Positions 1 through 9,676 of a DNA stretch of 64,000 nucleotides are shown piece after piece. Every line of letters starts with the position of its first letter. Position 1 is the stretch's first letter. The notes below the pieces were generated by a model. That model had not been told where the DNA came from. It ran no database searches and saw only the letters and a program-made list of their open reading frames with translations. Made by a program: the position numbers and the translations under genes. Source of the DNA: Candidatus Poribacteria bacterium (GTDB lineage: Bacteria; Poribacteria; WGA-4E; WGA-3G); assembly GCA_965197475.1 (NCBI GenBank), contig CBDANF010000002.1, positions 192,001 to 256,000 on the forward strand. The letters are read 5' to 3'.

Positions 1-166
1 TCTCCGCGGGCAAATCAAAGATATTTCGATAGTGTTGCTTCGGTATAACCACAAGATGTCCAGGGTTCGCGGGGGCAATATCCATAAAAGCGAAGACGTG
101 TTCGTCTTCATACACTGTCGCAGAGGGAATTTTACCTTCAGCAATCGCACAAAAGATACATTCCAT
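1..166 (-). CDS. HIT (histidine triad) family protein, 5' part; runs off the window start
   Basis: Manual translation from ATG at 166 gives MECIFCAIAEGKIPSATVYEDEHVFAFMDIAPANPGHLVVIPKQH, the typical HINT-like N-terminus (CIFC...D-I-x-P...GH-x-x-VIP). GAGGA RBS lies upstream. Confidence 0.9.
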   Translation of the reverse strand, partial: MECIFCAIAEGKIPSATVYEDEHVFAFMDIAPANPGHLVVIPKQHYRNIFDLPAE

Positions 167-271
167 TAATTCGTATCCTCACAAGAATTTTGAGTTATTT
201 TAGCAAATATAAATTAGAATATCAACCATAAATATAGGAGTCAGAGCCATTCAATGGTCGCGAACTGCTCT

Positions 272-395
272 TGTGGGAGGGTTTTCTAAGCCCAATTTCC
301 AGTCAGAGGGCACCCTTTCAACGCCTTATGCGCGTGGCAGAATGCGCTTTTGGCATTCTGCATGATTCGGCGGGCACAGGGACCCCGTCCTATAG
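272..395. repeat. Cluster of short REP-like palindromes
   Basis: gcagaatgcgcttttggcattctgcatga (337-365) is nearly identical to 24151-24179. gggcacagggaccccgtcctatag resembles motifs at 54024, 55474 and 56194. gtgggagggttttctaagccc resembles 63544. Confidence 0.55.
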
Positions 396-463
396 TAGAA
401 AAACGCGACGCACGCTTCGTCCATTGAACCTATGTGACAAAATATTTACCCATCCTATTTGAT

Positions 464-492
464 TTGACATTTTTAGTCTTTTATGGTATTTT
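464..492 (+). promoter_or_regulatory. Putative sigma70 promoter for the first HEAT lipoprotein
   Basis: TTGACA (464-469), 17-nt spacer, TATTTT (487-492) with a TG extension. Confidence 0.4.
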
Positions 493-658
493 ATAATGAG
501 TACTGTTGAAAAGTTCGCATTTTCACGACACGAATCGTCTGATAAATCAGATAAGGCAAGGATATAATTTCTGGTACTATATCTGGTTAATTCATTTTAA
601 AGACTAAGTCTTATGAACTGACATGATTTAAGTTATTGAGGAGGAACACAAGGGTTTT

Positions 659-1861
659 ATGAAAAATCTCAAAATTATTCCACTGATTCTAATCTTATTC
701 ACCTGTTTTGCTTGTGACACGAAACAGAAAGGCCCTAGCCACTTGACGGTAGGGAGAGATAAACTCAATAATGGGTTTGCAATTGAAGCAGTTAATTATC
801 TCATAGAGGCAGAAAAAAAAGAGGAGGATAAGGCGGAACCGCGAGCACTGCTCGTGATTGCATACTCACATGGGCTATCCTCAGATGTTGCGAAGACGCA
901 AGGGCTTGAAGCAGAATATAAAAAACAGAGAACTGAAAGAATAGCTGCCTTGAATGAAGCAGAGATAAATAAAATGATCGAAATTCTCAGCAAACGTTCG
1001 GAGGTCCAGCAAGATGGCTTTCAAGCATTGGTCGAAAAGGGAACAGATGCCGCAGTTTTACTAATTGATAACCTTGCCAAAGGTTCATATCCAGAAATAC
1101 ACAATAATTTTATTTCGGCACTTGAAGATATGGGATCTAAGGCGATTGATCCTATCTTGGATAGAGTTACCGATGTAGAGGTGACTCCCGAAGTGAAAAT
1201 AAAACTAATTCGGGTGATTGGTGAAATTGGCGATAAGAAGGCGGTTGAGAAGTTAAAATCCATTGACATGACGAACATTGATGTTGCGCTGAAAATGGCA
1301 ATTTACACGACCCTCTATAGGCTCGGTGATAGTAGTCATAAGTCGAAGATACTCATAGGACTAACCGCAAATGAGGTTGAGGTCCGACGTGCTGCAGCAA
1401 AATCTATGGCTAACCTCAAGAAGGTTAACACCGCCACGCTCATCACAGCTCTTAAAGACGGTGATTCGCAAGTAGTTACTGACATTGCAAAGGCACTCGC
1501 TGTCCACAAAACCAAAAATGCTGTTGAACCGCTCGTAAATATCCTCAAGAGTGAGCATAGTCCGGATGCAAAGAAAGAGGTATTAGATACACTTACTGAG
1601 TATGCTGAAATTGGAGGTGAGCTCAAAAAAGGGTTAGCGAGACGCATCTGTTTCCTGCTCATCAGTAAAGAAATAAGCAATTCGCAAACTCGGGTTCGGC
1701 TTGTCCATTTTTTGAAGCATCCTGTGTTAGTAAAGCAGCTAAAAGCAGCAAGTTTGCTTGATGGCCTTGATTCAAAACTCTACAACTATGTCCAAACTGA
1801 TGAGGACAGCGATTTCGTGAAGACAGAAATCCATGACCTTCTTAACATGATTAGAAAATAG
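659..1861 (+). CDS. HEAT-repeat (PBS lyase-like) lipoprotein
   Basis: Signal peptide with lipobox-like CFAC, then HEAT repeats (EVRRAAAKSMANL, QVVTDIAKAL, AVEPLVNILK). GAGGAGG RBS. Confidence 0.75.
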   Translation: MKNLKIIPLILILFTCFACDTKQKGPSHLTVGRDKLNNGFAIEAVNYLIEAEKKEEDKAEPRALLVIAYSHGLSSDVAKTQGLEAEYKKQRTERIAALNEAEINKMIEILSKRSEVQQDGFQALVEKGTDAAVLLIDNLAKGSYPEIHNNFISALEDMGSKAIDPILDRVTDVEVTPEVKIKLIRVIGEIGDKKAVEKLKSIDMTNIDVALKMAIYTTLYRLGDSSHKSKILIGLTANEVEVRRAAAKSMANLKKVNTATLITALKDGDSQVVTDIAKALAVHKTKNAVEPLVNILKSEHSPDAKKEVLDTLTEYAEIGGELKKGLARRICFLLISKEISNSQTRVRLVHFLKHPVLVKQLKAASLLDGLDSKLYNYVQTDEDSDFVKTEIHDLLNMIRK

Positions 1862-2019
1862 AGTGTTAGATGGATACGAATCTATGTGTTCAGATGAGTT
1901 TATATAGCCTCTCTCATAAATTATGAGAGAGGTTCGGATTTTGTTTAGTAAAGGGAACACCTATGTATGCGTTATATATTTTGCGCTTCTAACGCAATCA
2001 GTGCTAAATTAAAATTTTC

Positions 2020-2048
2020 TTGACACAAAAATGTATCTGTTTTATCAT
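2020..2048 (+). promoter_or_regulatory. Putative sigma70 promoter for the second HEAT lipoprotein
   Basis: TTGACA (2020-2025), 17-nt spacer, TATCAT (2043-2048). Confidence 0.5.
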
Positions 2049-2159
2049 ATTTAAAAATGCTATTTGCCTCGGACTCCTGAGGAGATAATTTTATCCGAAT
2101 CTACACAATATATCGGATTTCGCATTTACGTTGATGTTAGGAGGAAAAACGAACGTAAC

Positions 2160-3377
2160 ATGAAAAAACTTATAACGATATGCCTCTTTTTAATATGGGT
2201 TGTGTCGTTTGGCTGTAAGCGGGAACAAATTATTCCTGAAATTCGAGTGGGCAGAGAGAAGTTGGTAGGAGCTGGTCTGGCAATTGAAGCAGTTGAACAT
2301 CTCAAACGAGCAGAAATAGATGAGGAAAATAAGGATGAACCCCGAGCACTCTTGCTCATTGCTTATAGTCATGCACTCTCTGAGAACACTGCGTGGTTAA
2401 AAAATAACAATTTGGAAACTGAATTTCGGGACGAACGAGCCCGGAGACTTGCTGAACTGAACACCTCTGAGATGCAGGAAATTTTTCGGATTCTTAATGA
2501 GAGGCATCGCGTTCAAAAGGACGCTAGACAAATCCTAATTGATAAAGGCGACTCTGTCATTCCCCCCATTTTGAAGAGTTTAATTGGGAATAAGTATTCC
2601 AATGCCCACAACGATTTTACATATATCCTTACGCAGATTGGAACCAAAGGTCTTGATGAACTCTTGATGGCAGTTGATGCCGCAGCTACACCAACCTCCG
2701 TTAAGGTCAAATTAATCCAAATTATAGGAGATATAGGAGACGTTTCCGCTCAAGAAAAATTAGAATCTCTAAAAAACACAGTTACGGATGCTGGCTTACA
2801 GATGGAGATTAATGTTGCACTCTATCAACTCGGTAATAAAGTATACCAGAAAGGCATTGAGGCAGGTTTAAACGATAATAACCTTGTTGCACGCCAAGCC
2901 GCTGCGAGATCGATGATATTGCTCAATAAACCTTCTACTTCCAAAATGGTAAATGCGCTCAAAGATACCGAAGGTCAAGTACAGGAAGACATCGCAAAAG
3001 CACTACAAAAACACGTTGACCCGAACGCTGTAGACAATCTTGTTGATATACTCACTAACGATTCGGGTAATAATACGAAGCAGGCTGTTATGGAGACTTT
3101 AAATCATTATGTTGAAAAAGGACTCGCAGATGGATTAGCACCACGTCTAATTGTCTTATTGACAGGTACTGAAATCGTTGAACACGAAGATAGACTTCGT
3201 ATCGTTCAACTTCTTAGTAAACCTGCACTGATAAAGCAAATTCAAGCAGCGGACATTTTTGATAATTTGCCGCATAAACTTTTTCAGTACTATGATACTA
3301 AGGAAAGCAACTCAATGGTCAAAGATGAGCTTAACACGCTACTTCTTGAACTTGATAAAGGTGAACTTAAAGAATAA
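2160..3377 (+). CDS. HEAT-repeat lipoprotein, paralog of 659-1861
   Basis: Start placed at ATG 2160 (AGGAGG upstream; MKKLITICLFLIWVVSFG-C lipobox). Shares VGR-x-KL...AIEAV...EPRALL-x-IAYSH with the upstream ORF. Confidence 0.75.
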   Translation: MKKLITICLFLIWVVSFGCKREQIIPEIRVGREKLVGAGLAIEAVEHLKRAEIDEENKDEPRALLLIAYSHALSENTAWLKNNNLETEFRDERARRLAELNTSEMQEIFRILNERHRVQKDARQILIDKGDSVIPPILKSLIGNKYSNAHNDFTYILTQIGTKGLDELLMAVDAAATPTSVKVKLIQIIGDIGDVSAQEKLESLKNTVTDAGLQMEINVALYQLGNKVYQKGIEAGLNDNNLVARQAAARSMILLNKPSTSKMVNALKDTEGQVQEDIAKALQKHVDPNAVDNLVDILTNDSGNNTKQAVMETLNHYVEKGLADGLAPRLIVLLTGTEIVEHEDRLRIVQLLSKPALIKQIQAADIFDNLPHKLFQYYDTKESNSMVKDELNTLLLELDKGELKE

Positions 3378-3485
3378 GTAGAAATGTGTTAATCACGGAT
3401 TATCATAACGCTTTTGTAGGAATTACCACAATCGTTGCACTCTTCTCCGATAGTTGTGTTTTCATCACTCATAAGGAGAAATTCC

Positions 3486-4655
3486 ATGCAGAACTATCCA
3501 ACTGACATCAAGATTACCAAAATTGAGCAGGTTACAGTTGAGATTGACCAACCTGCCATCGGTTGTAACTCTGGCGCGAAAGAGATAAAACAACCTGATC
3601 CAAATGGGCAGTGGCAGGAACGGATAACTTGCATTTATACAAACGATGGGACACTCGGTTGGGGAGCGACAAGTTGGGGCGCAACGACTCCTGAGGAAGC
3701 CAAAGGTGCTCTAAATAAAAATCCTTTCGATCTACTGAATCCGGAAGATGGAGTAGTTGAGGAATTTCGTGGACTCGAAAACGCCTTATGGGATACTATC
3801 GGTAAAATCCTTGAAAAACCCGCCTATAAGCTCATGGGGACTGACTCCTACGGTGATGGATTGCCCGCTTACGATAGCACGATCTATTTCAATGATCTAC
3901 TCTATGGAACGAAAGCAGAAGGCCTGAAACGGATTGAGAATGATGTCAAGCAAAGTTTGGCAGATGGGTTTACCGCATGTAAAATGAAAGTGGGACGCGG
4001 AAATCATCTCATGGAGCGCAAAGCCGGACTTGAACGAGACATAGAAGTTGTCCAACTTGCTCGCAGCACTGCTGGAGAAGGTTTCAATATCCTTGTTGAT
4101 GCAAATAACGCGTATACTTATGATGAGGTCATTACTTTCCTGAACGAGACAGGCAATTGCGATGTTTTTTGGATAGAAGAGATGTTTGAAGAGGATGTTG
4201 AATTGTATCGCAACTTAAAGGCTTTTATCCAAGAAAAAGGCTTGAATACGCTCATCGCCGATGGCGAAACCCGTACCCGCGCGCCTCTTGAATTCTACGA
4301 TCCATTCTTTGAAGCGGGTGTAATTGATGTTATCCAGCATGATATGAAGGGGCTTGGTGTTACAGGTTGGAGACGGCTCTCCAATATGGCTGCTGCACAT
4401 AATGTCAAATGCGCACCACATAACTGGGGTTCTCTGCTCGGTTTTTTCCTCAGCCTCCAATTCGCAAAGACGATTCCGCATTTTCTCTACGGTGAAGTCG
4501 CAACCCTAACTAGTGATGTAATTGATACCTCTGGGTATGGATTTGCCGATGGAACATTCACAGTGCCTGACATGCCCGGTCTCGGTTTGGAACTCAATCA
4601 AGATGTTTACGATGCGCGCTACGCTGGTAACGAGGATTGGCAGATCGCAACGTAG
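3486..4655 (+). CDS. Mandelate racemase/muconate lactonizing enzyme (enolase superfamily) protein
   Basis: ALWD-x-x-GK, K-x-K (CKMKVG), metal ligands in VDAN, WIEE and ADGE, APHNW, C-terminal PGLG. AAGGAG RBS before ATG 3486. Confidence 0.85.
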   Translation: MQNYPTDIKITKIEQVTVEIDQPAIGCNSGAKEIKQPDPNGQWQERITCIYTNDGTLGWGATSWGATTPEEAKGALNKNPFDLLNPEDGVVEEFRGLENALWDTIGKILEKPAYKLMGTDSYGDGLPAYDSTIYFNDLLYGTKAEGLKRIENDVKQSLADGFTACKMKVGRGNHLMERKAGLERDIEVVQLARSTAGEGFNILVDANNAYTYDEVITFLNETGNCDVFWIEEMFEEDVELYRNLKAFIQEKGLNTLIADGETRTRAPLEFYDPFFEAGVIDVIQHDMKGLGVTGWRRLSNMAAAHNVKCAPHNWGSLLGFFLSLQFAKTIPHFLYGEVATLTSDVIDTSGYGFADGTFTVPDMPGLGLELNQDVYDARYAGNEDWQIAT

Positions 4656-4732
4656 TAGGTACAATTTATAAAATTGGTAAGGAAACGAATTGATAAGGAG
4701 GAGTTTTATAACTTTCTAAAAACTAAGGTGAT

Positions 4733-6709
4733 ATGACTTTGAATTTATTTGGCTATCCCAATGAAGACTACCTTACCTACAAAGAAGTCTCAGAAGTTTT
4801 AGGGGTTTCTACCGCAACCGTTAGAAATTGGGTAAAACTGGGGCACATTAAGCCAGCAGCGATTCATTTAAGTAATAGATTTCTAAGCTCTCACATAGAA
4901 GAGATTAGAAGTAAAATTACTAATGGCTCTCTTGCCAAACTCAATAAACGTGCAAATAAAGGAAACTCTATCTCTAAGATTATCCCTACAGAATATGCAG
5001 ATAATCGTGAAGTATTTGAGTCTATTTTAAAAATTACTGAACTTTTTAAAAAATATAATCTTGATAGGGATACAGTGCTGCTTGTAACTGCTATGAATTT
5101 ACTAAGGCAGATTGGCTTAATTAAAGATACACAAGATTTATCCCTTAATCGTATCAACTATACTAATGATATAGTAAAAGCTGAAATAGAAGATTGGTTG
5201 CATAGCAAAAAAGGCAGGCAAATCACAAAACATTATGATGATATTTTTGATGTTAAAATCCCGACAAACTGTGATTTCTTAGGGTTACTGCATCAGTCAC
5301 TACTAAATGAGGGCGAGAGGGTAAAAACTGGCTTATATTACACACCAAAACATATTGTCGATGAGGTAGTTAAGCAAAATATAAAAAGCAGCCATACTGT
5401 CCTTGACCCTTGCTGTGGTACTGGTCAGTTTTTGCTTTTAGCTTCTGAAAAAATAGATAATCCATCTCATCTATGGGGTTTTGATATTGACAAAAGTGCT
5501 GTTAGACTTGCAAAGATAAATCTTTTTTTAAAGTTTCCAAAACATAGATTTAAACCAAACATTTATTACAAAAATTCATTACTAGAAGATGGTGAAGGTA
5601 TCCCCAACTTTGATTTAGTTATAACAAATCCGCCTTGGGGATCCCATTTCTCTAAAGATGAAGAGTTGTTACTAAAAAAGAAATACCAAGATATTAAGTC
5701 AAACGAGGCGTTTGCATATTTTCTCAAAGTGGGTATTGGATTTTTGAAAGAGGGTGGCACGCTTTCGTTTATCTTACCCGAGTCAATCCTAAACATTAAA
5801 ATCCATAAAGATATTAGGGAAAAAATCCTTAAGCAAACTACAATTAAAAAAATTAAACACCTTGGTCGTCCGTTTAATGGGGTTTTTACAAATGTAGTTC
5901 GAATAGACTTGGTAAATAAAAAAGCAGACAAAAATTCTTTCATTGCGGAAAAAGAAAATTTACTATTTCATCCTGAGCAAATACGATTATTATCAAATAA
6001 AGATTTTATCTTTGATGTTTTTACAGACACAAGTGATTATGTGTTGACAGATAAGGTGTTTTCTGTCAAACATAGTACGTTAAAAGATAATGCAATATGG
6101 GCTCTTGGTATTGTTACTGGTGACAATAAAAAACACCTACAAGAAAACAAAAGTAGTGACTTAGAACCAATCCTAACTGGTAAGGACATCAAAAGATTTT
6201 GCCCGAATAAACCAAGTAAATTTATTCGGTTTATACCAGATAAGTTTCAACAAGTTGCACCAGAAGAAAAATATCGAGCAAAAGAAAAATTGCTATATAA
6301 GTTTATTTCTAAGCAATTAGTTTTTGCTTATGATGATAGGCAAACCCTCACCCTTAACAGTGCTAATGTATTGATACCAACAATATCTAATTACCCTATT
6401 AAAACAATTTTGGCGTTGTTTAATTCAACCCTATATCAATTTATCTTTGAAAAGAAGTTTGGTGCTATAAAAGTACTTAGAAGCCACATTGAGCAATTAC
6501 CTTTGCCCGATATTAGCAAAAGAGAACATATGAGGTTTGAAAAGTTGGTAGACGAACTGCTAAAAAAAGATCTTGGTATAGAAGAGCGTAAAAGTCTATA
6601 CAAGAAGTTGGATGATGAGGTTATGAGTTTATTTTCTTTAGATGAACAAGAAAAGGAGCGTATATATAACGGAGTGAGCGTATCAGATAAATTACTAGAA
6701 ATAAATTAA
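4733..6709 (+). CDS. N6-adenine DNA methyltransferase (gamma class) with N-terminal HTH and TaqI-like C-terminal specificity domain
   Basis: GLYYTP, LDPCCGTGQFL (motif I), NPPW (motif IV). N-terminal EVSEVLGVSTATVRNWVK HTH. Visibly AT-rich. Confidence 0.9.
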   Translation: MTLNLFGYPNEDYLTYKEVSEVLGVSTATVRNWVKLGHIKPAAIHLSNRFLSSHIEEIRSKITNGSLAKLNKRANKGNSISKIIPTEYADNREVFESILKITELFKKYNLDRDTVLLVTAMNLLRQIGLIKDTQDLSLNRINYTNDIVKAEIEDWLHSKKGRQITKHYDDIFDVKIPTNCDFLGLLHQSLLNEGERVKTGLYYTPKHIVDEVVKQNIKSSHTVLDPCCGTGQFLLLASEKIDNPSHLWGFDIDKSAVRLAKINLFLKFPKHRFKPNIYYKNSLLEDGEGIPNFDLVITNPPWGSHFSKDEELLLKKKYQDIKSNEAFAYFLKVGIGFLKEGGTLSFILPESILNIKIHKDIREKILKQTTIKKIKHLGRPFNGVFTNVVRIDLVNKKADKNSFIAEKENLLFHPEQIRLLSNKDFIFDVFTDTSDYVLTDKVFSVKHSTLKDNAIWALGIVTGDNKKHLQENKSSDLEPILTGKDIKRFCPNKPSKFIRFIPDKFQQVAPEEKYRAKEKLLYKFISKQLVFAYDDRQTLTLNSANVLIPTISNYPIKTILALFNSTLYQFIFEKKFGAIKVLRSHIEQLPLPDISKREHMRFEKLVDELLKKDLGIEERKSLYKKLDDEVMSLFSLDEQEKERIYNGVSVSDKLLEIN

Positions 6710-6713
6710 AAGC

Positions 6714-7451
6714 ATGGATGACTTAAAACAAAAACTGAATCAACTTATAGAAGAACTTTCTGAAGATAAAAAACAGGTAATTAGAAATAGACTGGATGAC
6801 CTAGTATCGGTTTACCCATTTAATGAGTATGAATACATAATTTCATCTTTAGTGGGGTTCGGAAAGATAACTCTGGATGATTACTATGAGATTAGAGATG
6901 ATTACATATCACGTAATGCGTATCTAAAATTATTCGAGATTACATCACCAAGAACTTTTGGAGAAAAGTGGGCACAAGGGCAACTTATGTCTCTTGAGCC
7001 AGACTTTTTAAAACCAACAAAGAAGCTTGATGAAAATTATAGTGGTGAGTACGACCTTGTATTACCATACGGAGACGAAGTTATAAAAATTGAAGTAAAA
7101 GCTTCTAGAGTCGTGCACGCAAAGAGCAAAGAACCACTATACGTAAAAGCTCTATCTTACGAAAGCCTCCATCCATTTTTAATGAATTTCCAACAAATAA
7201 AACCTGCGTGTGCTGATGTGTTTATCTGGATTGCTGTATGGAAAGATGTTATTAAATACTGGGTCATTTCTTCTACTGAAGTAGAAAACAACAAGTACTA
7301 TTCTAAGGTGCAGCACCGAGGGAATATTGGTGAGGGTCAATTACATATCACAGATGACAACATTGAAGAGTTTGTACAATATGAGTGCAATCCCACAGAG
7401 TTAAGACAAACCGTTATTGATGCCTATGAAAGACAAATGAATATTAAATAA
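6714..7451 (+). CDS. Putative Type II restriction endonuclease (PD-(D/E)xK)
   Basis: Directly follows the MTase in the same AT-rich block. YDLVL...IKIEVKAS motif and FQQIK. Confidence 0.65.
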   Translation: MDDLKQKLNQLIEELSEDKKQVIRNRLDDLVSVYPFNEYEYIISSLVGFGKITLDDYYEIRDDYISRNAYLKLFEITSPRTFGEKWAQGQLMSLEPDFLKPTKKLDENYSGEYDLVLPYGDEVIKIEVKASRVVHAKSKEPLYVKALSYESLHPFLMNFQQIKPACADVFIWIAVWKDVIKYWVISSTEVENNKYYSKVQHRGNIGEGQLHITDDNIEEFVQYECNPTELRQTVIDAYERQMNIK

Positions 7452-7578
7452 ATTATTTTAGTAATCAATGTAGCATGAGTATCCACAGAAGAAAGAAATT
7501 GTAACTTATTACCTGCTTAAACATAACGTATTCAGTGATAGTAGGCATACTCCGCATGCTGAAATCTCAGGTAATCCC

Positions 7579-8661
7579 ATGAAAAAAGTTCTCGTCGCAA
7601 TGAGCGGTGGTGTAGATAGTTCCGTTACTGCTGCCATGATGGTTGATGCTGGTTATGATGTCACTGGCATCACCATGCGCCTCGGTGCGCCCGATACAAT
7701 TGAGGTGGAACCTGAACGTCCCAATTGCTGTTCCCTTGAAGGCATTGAGGACGCACGACGTGTTGCCACCCAACTCGGAATCCCGTTTTACGGCGTGAAT
7801 TACGAAGATATTTTCCGAGAACAGATCATTGATTACTTTGTTGCAGAATATCTCGTCGGGAGAACACCGAGTCCCTGCATGGTATGTAACCGAGAACTCA
7901 AGTTTGGCAAACTCCTTGACCTCGCAAAAACTTTGGAATGTGATGCTATCGCTACCGGCCATTATGCCCGAATTGAACAACATCCTGAGACTGGACGTTT
8001 TCTCTTACGCAAGTCACTTGATGTTAGCAAGGATCAGTCCTATTTCCTTGCTGCGCTGACGCAGGATCAGTTGCGATGTGCGATGATGCCCCTTGGTGAA
8101 TACACGAAAGCCGAAGTGCGTGATCTTGCGCGTAAGTATCAGTTGCGAACCGCTGAAAAAGTCGAAAGCCAAGAACTCTGCTTTGTTGCGGATACTAATT
8201 ATAGACGATTCCTCCAAGACAGAATTCCCGAAAAAATTGAAAGTGGCGATATTATTGACAAGGATGGCAAAGTTCTCGGCAGACACCAAGGTGTACCATT
8301 TTATACTGTTGGGCAACGACGCGGTCTCGGTATAGCAGTTGGTAAACCCCTCTATGTGACGCAGCTTAATGCTTCTGAGAATACTGTTGTTGTCGGAGAA
8401 CCGGACGATCTCCTTGAGGACACTATGCATGTAGAACGTATCAACCTTATCTCCATAAAGAAGTTGACAGAACCGATCCGAGCACTTGTCAAAATACGTT
8501 CTCGTGATGATGGTGGTCTCACGACAATCTCTCCTATCAGCGACACAGAAGCGGTTGTTCAATTTGACGAACCGCGGCGTGCAATTACCCCCGGACAAGC
8601 CACCGTTTTCTACGATGGTGAATACGTCATCGGCGGCGGCTGGATCAAAACATCTTTGTAG
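7579..8661 (+). CDS. mnmA: tRNA 2-thiouridine(34) synthase MnmA
   Basis: AMSGGVDSS, TPSPCMVCNRELKF, ATGHYAR, KDQSYFL, ESQELCF, YTVGQRRGLG, AITPGQ. Confidence 0.97.
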   Translation: MKKVLVAMSGGVDSSVTAAMMVDAGYDVTGITMRLGAPDTIEVEPERPNCCSLEGIEDARRVATQLGIPFYGVNYEDIFREQIIDYFVAEYLVGRTPSPCMVCNRELKFGKLLDLAKTLECDAIATGHYARIEQHPETGRFLLRKSLDVSKDQSYFLAALTQDQLRCAMMPLGEYTKAEVRDLARKYQLRTAEKVESQELCFVADTNYRRFLQDRIPEKIESGDIIDKDGKVLGRHQGVPFYTVGQRRGLGIAVGKPLYVTQLNASENTVVVGEPDDLLEDTMHVERINLISIKKLTEPIRALVKIRSRDDGGLTTISPISDTEAVVQFDEPRRAITPGQATVFYDGEYVIGGGWIKTSL

Positions 8662-8677
8662 CACAAATCCCGTGGCA

Positions 8678-9601
8678 ATGAAACCAAAACTCCTCTGTCT
8701 CCTCGGTCCCACAGCGGTTGGTAAAACAGAGATAGCGATTCAACTTGCACAACGCCTCAATGCCGAAATTATATCCGTTGACTCCCGACAAATATATCGT
8801 CAGATGGATGTCGGCACTGCGAAACCTACCCTTGCAGAACAGCAAGCAGCACGACATCATGTAATAGATTGTGTGGATATTGCGCAACCCTTCTCTGTTG
8901 CCGATTTTCAATCCCTTGCTGACACTGCAATCTCAGATATCCAAAACAGAGGTAAACAAGCTTTACTTGTCGGCGGCGCGGGTCTTTACTTTCGGGCGAT
9001 TGTTGATGGGTTGTTTGAGGGACCAGGGGCTGATGTTTCACTCCGAAAGCAACTTGAGCAGGAAGCAGCGCAGCACGGTGTTGATGTGCTCCATGATCGC
9101 CTCCGTGCCTGCGATCCAATATCTGCCCATCGGATTCATCCCAACAACCTCGTTCGAGTTATTCGCGCGCTTGAAATCTACGAACTAACAGGTACTCCCA
9201 TGTCCGAACACCAACAGCAGTGGCATCCGGAAAACCAACGTTTTCCGTTTATCGCCTTCGGATTGACGATACCTCGCGAGCTACTTTACCATCGCATTGA
9301 ACAACGCGTAGACGTGATGCTTGCTAACGGATTGATAGTGGAGGTGGAGTCGTTGTTAGCGGCAGGATATTCACGGGATACTTTTGCGCTCCAAAGTTTT
9401 GGGTATAAAGAACTGATAGCTTATCTGGATGGGAGGTGTACATATGTTGAAGCAGTTTCACAACTAAAACAGAACACGCGCCGATTTGCCAAACGACAGT
9501 TGACGTGGTTTCGTAAAGATATGCGTATTGAATGGTTAGATCGTGAGGAAATGCCCAATATTGTTGGCCATATTTTAAGGAAGATTAAAGGACAATTATG
9601 A
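8678..9601 (+). CDS. miaA: tRNA dimethylallyltransferase MiaA
   Basis: GPTAVGKT, SVDSRQIYR-x-MDVGTAKP, VGGAGLY, RVIRALE, TRRFAKRQLTWFR. Start placed at ATG 8678. Confidence 0.97.
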   Translation: MKPKLLCLLGPTAVGKTEIAIQLAQRLNAEIISVDSRQIYRQMDVGTAKPTLAEQQAARHHVIDCVDIAQPFSVADFQSLADTAISDIQNRGKQALLVGGAGLYFRAIVDGLFEGPGADVSLRKQLEQEAAQHGVDVLHDRLRACDPISAHRIHPNNLVRVIRALEIYELTGTPMSEHQQQWHPENQRFPFIAFGLTIPRELLYHRIEQRVDVMLANGLIVEVESLLAAGYSRDTFALQSFGYKELIAYLDGRCTYVEAVSQLKQNTRRFAKRQLTWFRKDMRIEWLDREEMPNIVGHILRKIKGQL

Positions 9602-9676
9602 TAAACACCTTCTTGATTATGTTAAGTAAAACTGATACAATAAATAATTGATGCTCTTAGCGAAAAGGAGAGAAAG

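Noticed and set aside
271-462. 63-aa ORF
   Set aside because: It runs across REP-like palindromes in a divergent promoter region and has no protein features.
8486-8677. N-terminal extension of MiaA overlapping mnmA
   Set aside because: Artifact of longest-ORF calling; homology begins at ATG 8678.
8014-8712. 232-aa antisense ORF, and similar shadow ORFs such as 39693-40319
   Set aside because: They lie opposite well-supported genes and show no independent motifs.
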